A stretch of DNA of 38,873 nucleotides from a virus. Taxonomy: Duplodnaviria > Heunggongvirae > Uroviricota > Caudoviricetes. Below the pieces are notes generated by a model, which worked only from the letters and a program-made list of their open reading frames with translations, was not told the DNA's origin and made no database searches. Positions within the stretch are counted from its first letter, which is position 1, and the number at the start of each line of letters is the position of its first letter. Both the position numbers and the translations under genes were made by a program. The stretch lies in the IMG/VR virus record IMGVR_UViG_2734482567_000007; one strand, given 5' to 3'. Positions 18,118 to 27,933 of the stretch are shown in pieces.

Positions 18118-18294
18118 TGGTTTAAGGTATGCAAACGTATTACCTTACCCCCTTCAGGCGCGTGTCGTGATTTTCTAACCTGTATTTAACGGGCTTTAAA
18201 ATCTGCGTGAAGCGCCTTTCTCATTCCCCCCCTGTCAGCACTTTCTGAAGTCCCGCAAAACCAGCCCCAAAAATACCCGGCTTATGCTGCCGGT
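18118..18294 (+). promoter_or_regulatory. G-I intergenic region: candidate late promoter and, by synteny, candidate centrally located strong gyrase site
   Basis: 177-bp noncoding region at the genome centre between G and I homologues; contains CCCCC/CCCCCCC runs also seen upstream of the endolysin gene. Confidence 0.35.
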
Positions 18295-19428
18295 ATGAAG
18301 ACAGAAAATCACCCAAAAGACGCAAATCGCCCCTCCGGTTTAGCCGTGCTTTCAGCTTCGCTGACTGCATCCGGCGACGGATGGTGTCAGTTACTGCCAG
18401 CCGGTCGGGTAAAGGCCCGTGACGGTCGCCCGGAAAAACCGACTGAAGGCTGGCTGATTAACGAATCCGCCTGTAACCGGATGAAAGCCGGGCTTTCCGC
18501 CCTGCATCAGCCGTTACTGATTGATTATGACCATCACTCCGTGAATGCGCAGAAAAACGGATTCAAGGCTATTGCTGCAGGATGGGTTAAGCCGGAAAAC
18601 ATCGAATGGCGTGAGGGTCAGGGGATTTTCATTAAACCTGAATGGACACCACAGGCACAAAAACATATTGATGACCGTGAATATGCCTATCTGTCTGCAT
18701 ATATGCATTATTTCGCTGACACCGGGGAACCCTACCTGTTGCGCATGGCTTCCCTGACGAATGATCCGGGTATTACGGGTATGAACCCTGTCGCGGCACT
18801 CAGTGCTGATGATCTCTATGTCGTTTCCCCTTCTCAGGAGCAATCCCCCATGAATGAGCAATTACGCCAGTTGCTGACGGCGCTCGGTCTGACCGTGGCT
18901 GACGGTGACGAATTTACACCGGAACTGGGCACGGCGGCGCTGTCTGCCCTTACCGGGATCAAAACCCGTGCGGATGCGCACGACACCCTGAAAACGCAGG
19001 TTGCCAGCCTGTCGGCAGAACTGGAAACCGCAAAAGGCACACCAACTGGCGGCACTATTGATCTGACGAAATATGTGCCCGTTGAGACGTATAACGCCCT
19101 GCGTACCGAATATGCCGCGCTGTCGGCACAACACGGCAGCACCACGCTGGAGCAGTTGCTGGATAAGGCCGAGTCCGAAGGACGCATTTTCAAAAGCGAA
19201 CGCGGATACATGGAAGGACTCGGACAACAGATTGGCGTCGCGGCACTTTCTGCACAGCTTGACGCCCGCCAGCCGGTTGCGGCTCTGACCACTCTTCAGA
19301 CCGACACCGTAACCGTGCCGGATAAAAAGACCGCCACCGCTGTGCTGTCGGCTGAAGATATCGCCGCCGCACGTCTGTTGGGTAAAACCGAAGCCGAGTT
19401 CCTGAAAATGAAAGAGGAAATGCAATAA
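18295..19428 (+). CDS. Head maturation protease/scaffold (Mu I-like)
   Basis: 377 aa; position before major head protein; Ala/Leu-rich coiled C-terminal half typical of scaffold domain. Confidence 0.7.
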   Translation: MKTENHPKDANRPSGLAVLSASLTASGDGWCQLLPAGRVKARDGRPEKPTEGWLINESACNRMKAGLSALHQPLLIDYDHHSVNAQKNGFKAIAAGWVKPENIEWREGQGIFIKPEWTPQAQKHIDDREYAYLSAYMHYFADTGEPYLLRMASLTNDPGITGMNPVAALSADDLYVVSPSQEQSPMNEQLRQLLTALGLTVADGDEFTPELGTAALSALTGIKTRADAHDTLKTQVASLSAELETAKGTPTGGTIDLTKYVPVETYNALRTEYAALSAQHGSTTLEQLLDKAESEGRIFKSERGYMEGLGQQIGVAALSAQLDARQPVAALTTLQTDTVTVPDKKTATAVLSAEDIAAARLLGKTEAEFLKMKEEMQ

Positions 19429-20375
19429 TGCCTACCCCGATTACACCGGCGATGATCACCGCCCTGATGACGGGCTACCGTTCTGATTTTCAGGCCGGGA
19501 TGTCCATGGCTCCGTCGCAGTACCAGAAAATTGCGATGACCGTGCCGTCCACCTCGAAATCCAACACCTACGGCTGGCTGGGGCAGTTCCCGCAGTTCCG
19601 TGAGTGGATCGGCTCCCGCGTCATCGAGAAGATGAAAGCCTATGGCTACGCCATCGTGAACAAAACCTTTGAAGGCACCGTTGCCATTAGCCGCGATGAC
19701 TTTGAAGACGACAATCTCGGCATCTACTCCCCGTTATTCCAGGAAATGGGTCGTGCCGCTGCGGCACAACCGGATGAACTGGTCTTTGCTGCACTGCGTG
19801 ATGGTCTGAATGCGGCCTGCTATGACGGCCAGAACTTCTTTGATACCGAACACCCTGTTTACCCCAAAGTGGATGGCTCCGGTGATGCACAGATGGTCAG
19901 CAATATGTTTGTGGCAAAAACCGGCTCTGTCGGTGCACAGGCGGATTACAGCGGCCCGGCCTGGTATCTGCTTGACTGCTCCCGCGCGGTAAAACCGCTG
20001 ATTTATCAGGATCGCCGCAAAGCCGAACTGGTTGCCCAGACAAAAGTCGATGAAGGCCGTGCGTTTACTGATAACGAGTTTGTGTTCGGTGCTTCCGCCC
20101 GTCGCAATGTGGGCTACGGCTTCTGGCAGATGGCCTACATGATGCAGTCACCGCTGACGCTGGATGCGCTGTGGCACGGCTGGTCAGCCATGCGTGACTT
20201 TAAGGCTGACGGTGGCCGCAAACTCGGCATCAAACCCACCCATATTGTTGTCCCCACCTCGCTGGAAAAACAGGCGGTGCAGCTGCTGGAGCGCGAGCTG
20301 TTCGCAGACGGTAACGCCACAGTCTCTAACGAGATGAAGGGCAAGCTGGAGCTGGTTGTCGCGGATTATCTGTAA
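19428..20375 (+). CDS. Major head subunit (Mu T-like)
   Basis: 315 aa; position and size; ATGA overlap with I stop. Confidence 0.75.
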   Translation: MPTPITPAMITALMTGYRSDFQAGMSMAPSQYQKIAMTVPSTSKSNTYGWLGQFPQFREWIGSRVIEKMKAYGYAIVNKTFEGTVAISRDDFEDDNLGIYSPLFQEMGRAAAAQPDELVFAALRDGLNAACYDGQNFFDTEHPVYPKVDGSGDAQMVSNMFVAKTGSVGAQADYSGPAWYLLDCSRAVKPLIYQDRRKAELVAQTKVDEGRAFTDNEFVFGASARRNVGYGFWQMAYMMQSPLTLDALWHGWSAMRDFKADGGRKLGIKPTHIVVPTSLEKQAVQLLERELFADGNATVSNEMKGKLELVVADYL

Positions 20376-20382
20376 ACGGTGA

Positions 20383-20401
20383 GCCGGGCTTACGGCCCGG
20401 C
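20383..20401 (+). terminator. GC-rich hairpin downstream of major head gene (no U-tract; possible attenuator/stabiliser)
   Basis: GCCGGGC-TTACG-GCCCGGC perfect inverted repeat 8 bp after stop. Confidence 0.3.
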
Positions 20402-20418
20402 CCCTGCGGAGGGCAAAT

Positions 20419-20778
20419 ATGAATGAACATCACACTGTGGCAGCAACAGATGATTCAGGCCTTCAGGTCAGTGGTGACAGTCCTGTCACGGTACTGGCAG
20501 AAGTGCGTTGCAGTCGTACGCATTTTCGTCGTGCGGGGTTCCTGTTCATGCGGGGACGCCAGCAGGTTGACGTCACCCCGGAGCAGCTTGCCCGACTGGA
20601 AGCGGAGCCATGCCTCACTGTACGAATACTACAGACGCCTGGTGATGATGCGGGAGCCGTGGCGGGTGTGGTTCATGCAGAGACCGGTGCAGATTTAGCC
20701 GAAGCCGAAACCGTACAGGATGCTCCCCGGAAAAAGACCGGCAATAACGCCAGACAGGCGAAAAAGGCGCGCGCATGA
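20419..20778 (+). CDS. Hypothetical head-completion region protein
   Basis: 119 aa ORF with GGAGGG RBS. Confidence 0.45.
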   Translation: MNEHHTVAATDDSGLQVSGDSPVTVLAEVRCSRTHFRRAGFLFMRGRQQVDVTPEQLARLEAEPCLTVRILQTPGDDAGAVAGVVHAETGADLAEAETVQDAPRKKTGNNARQAKKARA

Positions 20779-21194
20779 ATTACGCCACCGAAACCGATAT
20801 GCGGGCACGTTACCGCGAGGATTTGCTCAGGCCATTACTGGCCGTGCCCCGTTCGGATGAACCGGACACGCGCAAGCTGAACCGGGCACTGACGGACGCG
20901 TCTGCCCTTATCGACAGCTATCTGTCTTCCCGTTACACGCTGCCGCTGGCGGTGGTTCCGGCGGTCCTTGTTCAGCATTGCTGCACGATTGCCTTTTATT
21001 ACCTGTGCGATCAGCGGGCATCCGATCAGGCGCGTGACCGTTACCGTGAGGCGCTGGCCTGGCTGAAAGATGTCATGAACGGTAACGTGCCGGTCGGCGT
21101 GGATACAGACGGTGCGGCCCCTGAATCCGGGGATTTACCGCAGGTGCAGTCTGATGCGGCGGTGTTCGGGCGCAACCAGAAGGGCTTTATATGA
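20775..21194 (+). CDS. Head-tail connector-region protein (Mu gp36-like)
   Basis: 139 aa; overlapping stop/start; position. Confidence 0.5.
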   Translation: MNYATETDMRARYREDLLRPLLAVPRSDEPDTRKLNRALTDASALIDSYLSSRYTLPLAVVPAVLVQHCCTIAFYYLCDQRASDQARDRYREALAWLKDVMNGNVPVGVDTDGAAPESGDLPQVQSDAAVFGRNQKGFI

Positions 21195-21754
21195 TTACGG
21201 AAACCGAGCAGGCGTACATCGCCCGTATCCGTGAGTATTTCGGGAATGAACTGGTGTCTGTTGACACACATCCCGGCGACTGGAGCGACAGCGTACTGCG
21301 CACCATGCTGATTAACGCCCCGGCTATCTATGTTGCCTGGCTGGGTGCCGGTGAAGGGCGTACCCGTGGGCGTCTGGTCAGTCACTGGGTGTTCTACGTC
21401 ATCGGCGACATGCTCAATGGCCGTGAGGTCAGCCGTCCCGGGCTTTATCAGATTGTGGCCCGCCTGATTACCGTGCTGGACGGCTTCAGAGCAGAAAAAA
21501 CCTCACCGCTTTACTTTGAAAAGGCGGTCAACGGTTACACCGAAACGCAGGCAGGCAGCGGTGCCGTGATGTACGCCCTGTATTTCTCATGCGAGGAAAT
21601 GATCGACCCGCTGACGGATATCAGCTCGCTGGATGATTTCCTGCGCCATTACGAAACCTTTACCGAACCGGAAGGCACGCCGGAATTTAAGGCACACATC
21701 CGTCTGCCTGGTGCAACTGCCGCCGGTGAAAACGCCGGACTGTCAGAGGAATAA
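21191..21754 (+). CDS. Head-tail region protein (Mu gp37-like)
   Basis: 187 aa; overlapping stop/start; position. Confidence 0.5.
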   Translation: MITETEQAYIARIREYFGNELVSVDTHPGDWSDSVLRTMLINAPAIYVAWLGAGEGRTRGRLVSHWVFYVIGDMLNGREVSRPGLYQIVARLITVLDGFRAEKTSPLYFEKAVNGYTETQAGSGAVMYALYFSCEEMIDPLTDISSLDDFLRHYETFTEPEGTPEFKAHIRLPGATAAGENAGLSEE

Positions 21755-21757
21755 CAG

Positions 21758-22036
21758 ATGACAACCATTTTTATTAAACCTGCGCCGGGATGCCTGATCC
21801 GCGATCCCGACACGATGACTCCGCTCTCTCAGGACGGGGAAGAGAAACCCTTCACTCCGTTCTGGTGCCGCCGTCTTAATGATGGCGACGTCATTGTGGT
21901 GGATAAAACGGCGGAGCCTGCCCCGGCTGCCACAACTGCTAATACCGGCGCGGCGGCAAAACCAGCGGGAGCGGTAGCAGAAAAAACTGCGGCGGTGGCT
22001 GAAAAAACCGCAGCATCAGATAAGGGGACGTCCTGA
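21758..22036 (+). CDS. Small structural-region protein
   Basis: 92 aa with Ala/Pro/Thr-rich tail; precedes sheath gene. Confidence 0.45.
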   Translation: MTTIFIKPAPGCLIRDPDTMTPLSQDGEEKPFTPFWCRRLNDGDVIVVDKTAEPAPAATTANTGAAAKPAGAVAEKTAAVAEKTAASDKGTS

Positions 22037-23538
22037 TGATTAACTTTGATTATATCGGCGATAACAATCGCATTCCGCTGGTACAGATTGAAATCAATAA
22101 TTCAATGGCCGTGACCGGCACTCCACCACAGCGTCAGGCGGTACTGTTGTTTGGTCAGGCTGCAATGAAAGACACTACCATTCAGGGGCGCGGTCAGCTT
22201 GATGTACCAGTACGTATTACCCGAGCTTCACAAGCAAGAGAACTCTGGGGGCGAGGTTCCATGATTGCACTGATGGTAGAGGAATTTATCGCCATTAACC
22301 CTGACACAGAGTTATATGCCATTGCACAGGGGGCTGGAACAGGTCAGTCCAGGGCATGCGTGATGAATATCATTGGAACAGCATTGGCAGACGGGGTGTT
22401 AAGTGTTTACATCGGCGGTCGCCGTTACCTCCTGCCCGTCAGTAAGGGGAAAAAAGGTAAAGAGCTTGTGGAAGAGCTGGCTAAGGTCATTAACGCTGAC
22501 ACTGATGCGCCATTCACTGCTATCGCAGCTGAAGTCAGTGGTGATAATGCTGAAGGACTTAAAGGCAGCATGGGGGTTAACGCCCGCTTTATCGGTGAAT
22601 GCTCAGCTCATGATTTACGGGTGAACTATTATGACGGTGAAACTACACCGGCCGGTCTTACGCTGGAGCTCGTCGCGCCAACACAGAAGGCAACAAACCC
22701 CGATATCACCCGTAGCGTCTCAGGGATGGGGAATCGTCAGTACAACTACATCGTCATGCCCTATAAGGATGCGGCAAATCTCAAAATTCTGGCGGATGAA
22801 CTGCTGAAACGCTGGGGACCGGTAAAAATGTCGGACGGTATGGTCTGGATGGCGCATACCGGCACCTTCGGTACGGCAACCAGTTTTGGTGAATCCCGTA
22901 ATGACTTCCTGTTTACCTGCACTTCTATTCCTAAAGCACCAGAGCCGGATTATGTCTGGGCTGCCTCCATTTGTGCGGTCTGTGCGCCCTCCCTGTCAAC
23001 GGATCCGGCCCGACCATTACAGACACTGGCGCTGCCTGCCCGTATGGCACCTGAAGCACCGGATCGTCTGACGCGGGAAGAGCGAAACAGCCTGCTTTAT
23101 ACCGGCATGTCCACGGTGACCGTCGCGGCCGCGGATGTGGTGCAGATTGAACGTCAGGTGACGATGTACCGTCAGAATGCATACGGCGAAATCGATCCCA
23201 GCTATCTGGATGTGGAAACCATCTACACCCTGTCATATCTGCGTTATTCCCTGCGCACCTTTATCACGCAGCGTTTTCCGCGCCATAAACTGGCTGATGA
23301 CGGGACGCCCGTTCGTGCCGGTCAGAATATCGTGACACCGGAGATCATGAAACTTCAGTTAATTTCGCTGGGGGAAGAATGGGTGGATCTGGGACTGGTC
23401 GAAAATCTGGACACCTTTAAAAAGAATCTGCTCGTGGAGCGCAACACAAAAGACCGTAACCGTCTGGATGTGATGTGTACACCGGATCTGGTTAACCAGT
23501 TCCGCTTCATGGCCGCGCAGATCCGTTTCATTTTGTGA
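22036..23538 (+). CDS. Contractile tail sheath protein
   Basis: 500 aa; followed immediately by tube gene; size typical of Mu L sheath. Confidence 0.8.
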   Translation: MINFDYIGDNNRIPLVQIEINNSMAVTGTPPQRQAVLLFGQAAMKDTTIQGRGQLDVPVRITRASQARELWGRGSMIALMVEEFIAINPDTELYAIAQGAGTGQSRACVMNIIGTALADGVLSVYIGGRRYLLPVSKGKKGKELVEELAKVINADTDAPFTAIAAEVSGDNAEGLKGSMGVNARFIGECSAHDLRVNYYDGETTPAGLTLELVAPTQKATNPDITRSVSGMGNRQYNYIVMPYKDAANLKILADELLKRWGPVKMSDGMVWMAHTGTFGTATSFGESRNDFLFTCTSIPKAPEPDYVWAASICAVCAPSLSTDPARPLQTLALPARMAPEAPDRLTREERNSLLYTGMSTVTVAAADVVQIERQVTMYRQNAYGEIDPSYLDVETIYTLSYLRYSLRTFITQRFPRHKLADDGTPVRAGQNIVTPEIMKLQLISLGEEWVDLGLVENLDTFKKNLLVERNTKDRNRLDVMCTPDLVNQFRFMAAQIRFIL

Positions 23539-23546
23539 GGTAAGGC

Positions 23547-23912
23547 ATGAGCGGAAAACAGTATCAGGGCACGGCCACCATCCGTGTGAACGGGCAGGAG
23601 TACGACACCCTTGAGGGGGCCACGTTCTCCCCGTCCGGCTTTGAGCGTGAAGTGGTGAAAGGCGCGAAAGTTTACGGCTATCGCGAGAAACCCCGTGAGG
23701 CGACGCTGGACTGTAAATTCCCGGCGGGCGGAGAAGGTTCACCGGCTGCCGATGAAATCAACACCTGGACTGCGGTCACGATTGAGTTCGTGGCCGATAC
23801 CGGTGAAGTCCACATGATGACGAAGGCCTGGAGCAGTGAACCGGCCTCGCTTGACGGTGGTGGTGATATCTCCGCGAAGTTCGCCAGCGCCACCAGTACC
23901 CGTGTCCAGTAA
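23547..23912 (+). CDS. Tail tube protein
   Basis: 121 aa; position between sheath and chaperone/tape measure. Confidence 0.75.
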   Translation: MSGKQYQGTATIRVNGQEYDTLEGATFSPSGFEREVVKGAKVYGYREKPREATLDCKFPAGGEGSPAADEINTWTAVTIEFVADTGEVHMMTKAWSSEPASLDGGGDISAKFASATSTRVQ

Positions 23913-23926
23913 TCAGGAAAAATGTA

Positions 23927-24403
23927 ATGAGCACACGTAAGAAAAAAACGGCGGTTTCTGACGAGGCCGTGATGGAGGCTATCCGGGATGCACTTGAAGA
24001 CGGCGATCCCCGCACCGCCGGGCTGGCTGAACAACTGGCGAACGGCTATGTGGATCTGCTCGACGGTCTGCCGTTCGGGGAATCCCGTGAATACCGCGTC
24101 ACCTTCCGCGAACTGACGGCAAAAGACAGCATTGATGCGGAGAGCGAGGCCGAGCGTCTTATGGAAACCCGAAACGGTCCGGTTCTTGTGGCCTCACCGG
24201 CACTGCGCGGCATTGCGCTGCTGCGCCGTCAGATTGCCGCTGTCGGCCAGATTGAGGGGCCATTGTCTCCGCGTCAGATAGGACAGCTCAGCGAGCGCGA
24301 TCTCTCCCGACTGATGGCGGCAGTAAGCCTGCTTGATTCCGCGATGGCCGGAAAGCTGGTCGCTGAACGGGGGCGACCAGATGCAGTGCCGGGATCAGAT
24401 TGA
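23927..24403 (+). CDS. Tail assembly chaperone-like protein
   Basis: 158 aa acidic protein immediately upstream of tape measure. Confidence 0.5.
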   Translation: MSTRKKKTAVSDEAVMEAIRDALEDGDPRTAGLAEQLANGYVDLLDGLPFGESREYRVTFRELTAKDSIDAESEAERLMETRNGPVLVASPALRGIALLRRQIAAVGQIEGPLSPRQIGQLSERDLSRLMAAVSLLDSAMAGKLVAERGRPDAVPGSD

Positions 24404-24527
24404 AGAAGCCGCAATTGTGCTGGGGATGGTGACAAAAAGCGGCCCGGAGTGGGCGCTTAACCTCCCCTTATCGCAGCTTTACCGGCACTGCCGACAGACC
24501 GAAAAAATTCTCAGAACGAAGCAGTAA
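24381..24527 (+). CDS. Small ORF overlapping chaperone 3' end in another frame (separate gene or frameshift extension)
   Basis: ATG at 24381 inside longer ORF 24333-24527; overlaps chaperone 3' end in +1 frame; ends 3 bp before tape measure. Confidence 0.3.
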   Translation: MQCRDQIEEAAIVLGMVTKSGPEWALNLPLSQLYRHCRQTEKILRTKQ

Positions 24528-24530
24528 CCC

Positions 24531-26588
24531 ATGGCAAAAAACCTGAAAGCCTCCCTGATTGTCGATTTACTCGGCAATATTTCTGCCAAATCCCGCCAGT
24601 GGTCACAGGAGCTGGGGGCATTCTCCCGTTCCGGCAGGACGGGGCTGGGTGGTCTTGGAAATGCAGCACGTCGTGCCGGTCAGGAGACAGAACTTGTCGG
24701 CTCCCGTATGCAGCGAACGCTTGCCGGTGTTCGTGGCAGTATCCGCACGGTGACGTCAGATTTTGACCGCCTTCAGGGCAGCATTACCGGCACCATCGGG
24801 CGGATAAGCAACCTTTACGGGATGCTGGCGGGAGGGGCTGCGGTCTACGGGTTTAATAAAGCCTTTATCCGCCCGGCCGCAGAGATGGAGAACTATATTC
24901 TGCGTCTCAACGCCATTAATCATGGCGATACGGCAAAAACGGAAGCAGTGAAAGCCTGGGCGGTACAGAACGCCAAAGACACCACCTGGGGGCTGGCGGG
25001 GGTTATGCAGGAATACGCCTCCAGTCGCGGGTTCGGTATGAGTGACAGGGAAGCCCGTCGCTTTATTACCATGCTTCAGGATCAGGGCGGCTATCACGGC
25101 TGGTCACTGTCAGATGCACAGGGTGCGTCCCTGCAACTCAAACAGATGTTTGCCCGCCAGAGTATCCAGGCAGCGGACGCCAATATTCTGACCGGATACG
25201 GGATTAACGTTTACCAGTTGCTGGCCGATAAGCTGGGTGTAAACCAGAAGATCATCCGTGAGAAAGGCGAGAAAGGAAAACTGGGACCGGACAGCATTCG
25301 CCTGTTATTTCAGGTGATGGCCGAACAGGCAAAAGGTGCCCAGAAAAACGCCATGAATTCCTGGACGGGAATGACGTCCATGATGGGCGATGTCTGGGAC
25401 GGATTTGCCCGCGAGGTGATGGCAAAGGGACCGTTTGACAGCCTGAAAAAGAGCCTGAAAGGCTTTCTGGATTATGCTGATGCGGCACAGAAAAGCGGCT
25501 TACAGGATAAGCTGGCCACACAGACGGCCTCAGCCCTGAATCAGGGATTTGAGTATGCCAGAGACGCTGCGACCGGCTTTTACCGGGTCATTCAGAAAGT
25601 CAGGGAAACGCTTCAGGCACTGCGCGACGCCGGTTATGGCGATGCGCTGGATCGCATTGGTCAGGGTGCGCAGACCGCCGCAAAGTACCTGATGTATATG
25701 TATCTCGCCTCCCGTGCGCTGAAGGTGCTCAGGTTTGCGGGGACGGGGGCATTACGTCTCGGCGCAACCCCCTTACGCTATGGCATGGCGATGACCTCCG
25801 TGCTGACGTCGCCCTTCCGCAAACCGCAGACCACTGTACCGGGAACGCAGCCCGGACGCGCTGGCCGGTTCCTGAATTTCCTTACCGGGGTAAATCCGGC
25901 TGCCGTTCAGCCCGTGCTGGTCACCAATTGGCCTGCGGGTGGCCTGGCCTCAGGTGGCGGGGATGTGGTGGTCAGCGGTGACGGCAAAACCGTGCGCGGC
26001 CGTAAAAAACGCGGCCCCGGACGTGGACGGGGTGTCACGACCGTCGTGACTGCCGGTGAGCAACTGGCGGAGAGTGCCGGTAAACAGGGCTTCTTCGGTC
26101 GTATGATGAGCCGTGCCGGTGGTCTGCTAACGGCGGCCGGAAACCGCATGGGGCTGGGGCGTTTTGCCGGGCTGTTCCGTGGTGCCGGTCGGCTGGGTGG
26201 TGGTGCCCTGTGGGCCGGTGCCATGGCGGCTCCTGTACTGCTGGACAGCAGCGCCAGTGCAGCCGATAAAGCCGGTGCCGTGGGTTCCCTTGCCGGAAGT
26301 ATCGCCGGTGGCGCGCTGGGGGCGGCTGCCGGTCCGGTCGGGGTTGCCATTGGTTCCACGGTGGGCAGCTATCTCGGTGATTATCTGGGGGGCTGGCTGA
26401 CGCAGGCCTGGCAGAAACTGCGTGGCGGCAGTGACGAAAACGGCGGACAGGCCACCGCGAAAACCGCCGCACGGGTGGAGCTTGTTGCCCCTGAAGGCTG
26501 GCGGGCGCGCAGTATTGATGTGGATGATACCGCACAGCATGGCCTGGATGTGAACGTCTGGAACGGAGGGAACTATGGCCTCTACTGA
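24531..26588 (+). CDS. Tail tape measure protein
   Basis: 685 aa; Gly/Ala-rich C-terminal third; position after tube and chaperone. Confidence 0.8.
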   Translation: MAKNLKASLIVDLLGNISAKSRQWSQELGAFSRSGRTGLGGLGNAARRAGQETELVGSRMQRTLAGVRGSIRTVTSDFDRLQGSITGTIGRISNLYGMLAGGAAVYGFNKAFIRPAAEMENYILRLNAINHGDTAKTEAVKAWAVQNAKDTTWGLAGVMQEYASSRGFGMSDREARRFITMLQDQGGYHGWSLSDAQGASLQLKQMFARQSIQAADANILTGYGINVYQLLADKLGVNQKIIREKGEKGKLGPDSIRLLFQVMAEQAKGAQKNAMNSWTGMTSMMGDVWDGFAREVMAKGPFDSLKKSLKGFLDYADAAQKSGLQDKLATQTASALNQGFEYARDAATGFYRVIQKVRETLQALRDAGYGDALDRIGQGAQTAAKYLMYMYLASRALKVLRFAGTGALRLGATPLRYGMAMTSVLTSPFRKPQTTVPGTQPGRAGRFLNFLTGVNPAAVQPVLVTNWPAGGLASGGGDVVVSGDGKTVRGRKKRGPGRGRGVTTVVTAGEQLAESAGKQGFFGRMMSRAGGLLTAAGNRMGLGRFAGLFRGAGRLGGGALWAGAMAAPVLLDSSASAADKAGAVGSLAGSIAGGALGAAAGPVGVAIGSTVGSYLGDYLGGWLTQAWQKLRGGSDENGGQATAKTAARVELVAPEGWRARSIDVDDTAQHGLDVNVWNGGNYGLY

Positions 26589-27933
26589 CACGCCGGGGCG
26601 TGGCTCCTTTCGTGGCGTACCGTTCCTGGTTTATCAGGAGCAGCGGGAACGGGGCGGACGTAACATTGTGCGCCGTGAATACCCACTGCGTGAAAGCGGC
26701 GGTGCGGATGATCTGGGGCCAAAACTCCCGGAGTTCACATTCACGGTTCTGGTGACCGGAGACGATCTTCAGACACAGCGAAGCCGCCTGCGTGATGCGC
26801 TGCGTGCACCCGGTGCCGGTGAACTGATGCACCCGGATTACGGCACGTTAAACGTGCTGATAAACAGCTTTGAAAGCCGTTATAACGCCAGCGAGCAGGG
26901 AACGGTTGAGTTCACGATCAACGTGATCCCCGCCAGTGACGATACCGCCCCTGCGGTGGCAGAAGATACGGCAGCTGCGCTGGAGCAGAAAAGCGGCTCA
27001 GCAATGAATCAGCTGTTTAACACGCTTTCAGACGGCTGGACGGTGATTTCAGACGGTCTGCATGATGTACAGGCCATGACCGACACCATCAGCGATAAGA
27101 TTGATGCACTGGAGAATGCCGTTTCGGGGATGGGGATTGTGCAGGATATCAGTGCCTTTACGGCCAGTTTTACTGCCCTGAAAGGCAATGCCGCCGCCCT
27201 GATTAATGCGCCCCGTCGCATGGCTGAATCGCTGGCCGGAATGTTTGCCGTGCTGACCGGGCTGCCCGGCGATCCTTCCCTGTCTCTGACCGGAAAAGCC
27301 GGAACGCCGTCCGGCAGCCTGACCACAAACCGTGACAGCATGGCAGAGCAGGCCATGCCGCAGCTGTACCGCACACTTTCCTCCCTGCGTTACACCCTCA
27401 GCGAACAGGATGATCCACAGCGCCTGATTGGCCTGACGCCTGCGGCACAGAAAAATATCCGTCTGCTGCGGAGCGTGATGCAGAGTGCAACCCTGGTGTC
27501 GCAGGCACAGACGCTCGGAAAACTGCTGGATCAGGTCATCCGGCAGAATACGACGCACGTTCAGGATACTGACCGTTCGGGCGGACTGGCCTGGCTGGAA
27601 AGTTCTGCTGATGTGCAGCGTATCAACCGGGATTTGAGCGATGCCATGGAACAACAGGTGCTGGATCTGTCCGCACAGGGCTATACCGGGACTGCCCTTG
27701 CATTACGTGATGCAGGGCTTGCGCTGACAGAAGATTTAACCACACGGAGCGTGCATCTTCCCGGTGCTTTTCAGGTCATGGTTCGCACCACCGAACCGGC
27801 ACTGGTCACGCTGTACCGTGCCACCGGCAACAGCAGTCGCTGGCAGTATTTTGTCCGCAGAAACAATATCCCCGATCCGGTTTTTGTTCCGGGTGGCCGC
27901 AGCGTGGAGGTGATCAGTGAGCAGCAGGATTGA
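26575..27933 (+). CDS. DNA circularisation (Mu N-like) tail protein
   Basis: 452 aa; position after tape measure; overlapping start. Confidence 0.6.
   Translation: MASTDTPGRGSFRGVPFLVYQEQRERGGRNIVRREYPLRESGGADDLGPKLPEFTFTVLVTGDDLQTQRSRLRDALRAPGAGELMHPDYGTLNVLINSFESRYNASEQGTVEFTINVIPASDDTAPAVAEDTAAALEQKSGSAMNQLFNTLSDGWTVISDGLHDVQAMTDTISDKIDALENAVSGMGIVQDISAFTASFTALKGNAAALINAPRRMAESLAGMFAVLTGLPGDPSLSLTGKAGTPSGSLTTNRDSMAEQAMPQLYRTLSSLRYTLSEQDDPQRLIGLTPAAQKNIRLLRSVMQSATLVSQAQTLGKLLDQVIRQNTTHVQDTDRSGGLAWLESSADVQRINRDLSDAMEQQVLDLSAQGYTGTALALRDAGLALTEDLTTRSVHLPGAFQVMVRTTEPALVTLYRATGNSSRWQYFVRRNNIPDPVFVPGGRSVEVISEQQD

Noticed and set aside
26035-26832. Long antisense ORFs inside structural genes (for example 26035-26832, 12023-12643, 18862-19425, 14591-15190, 34826-35409)
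   Set aside because: They lie opposite well-supported phage genes in GC-rich sequence where stop codons are rare, lack RBSs and have Arg/Pro/Ser-rich low-complexity translations; treated as spurious.
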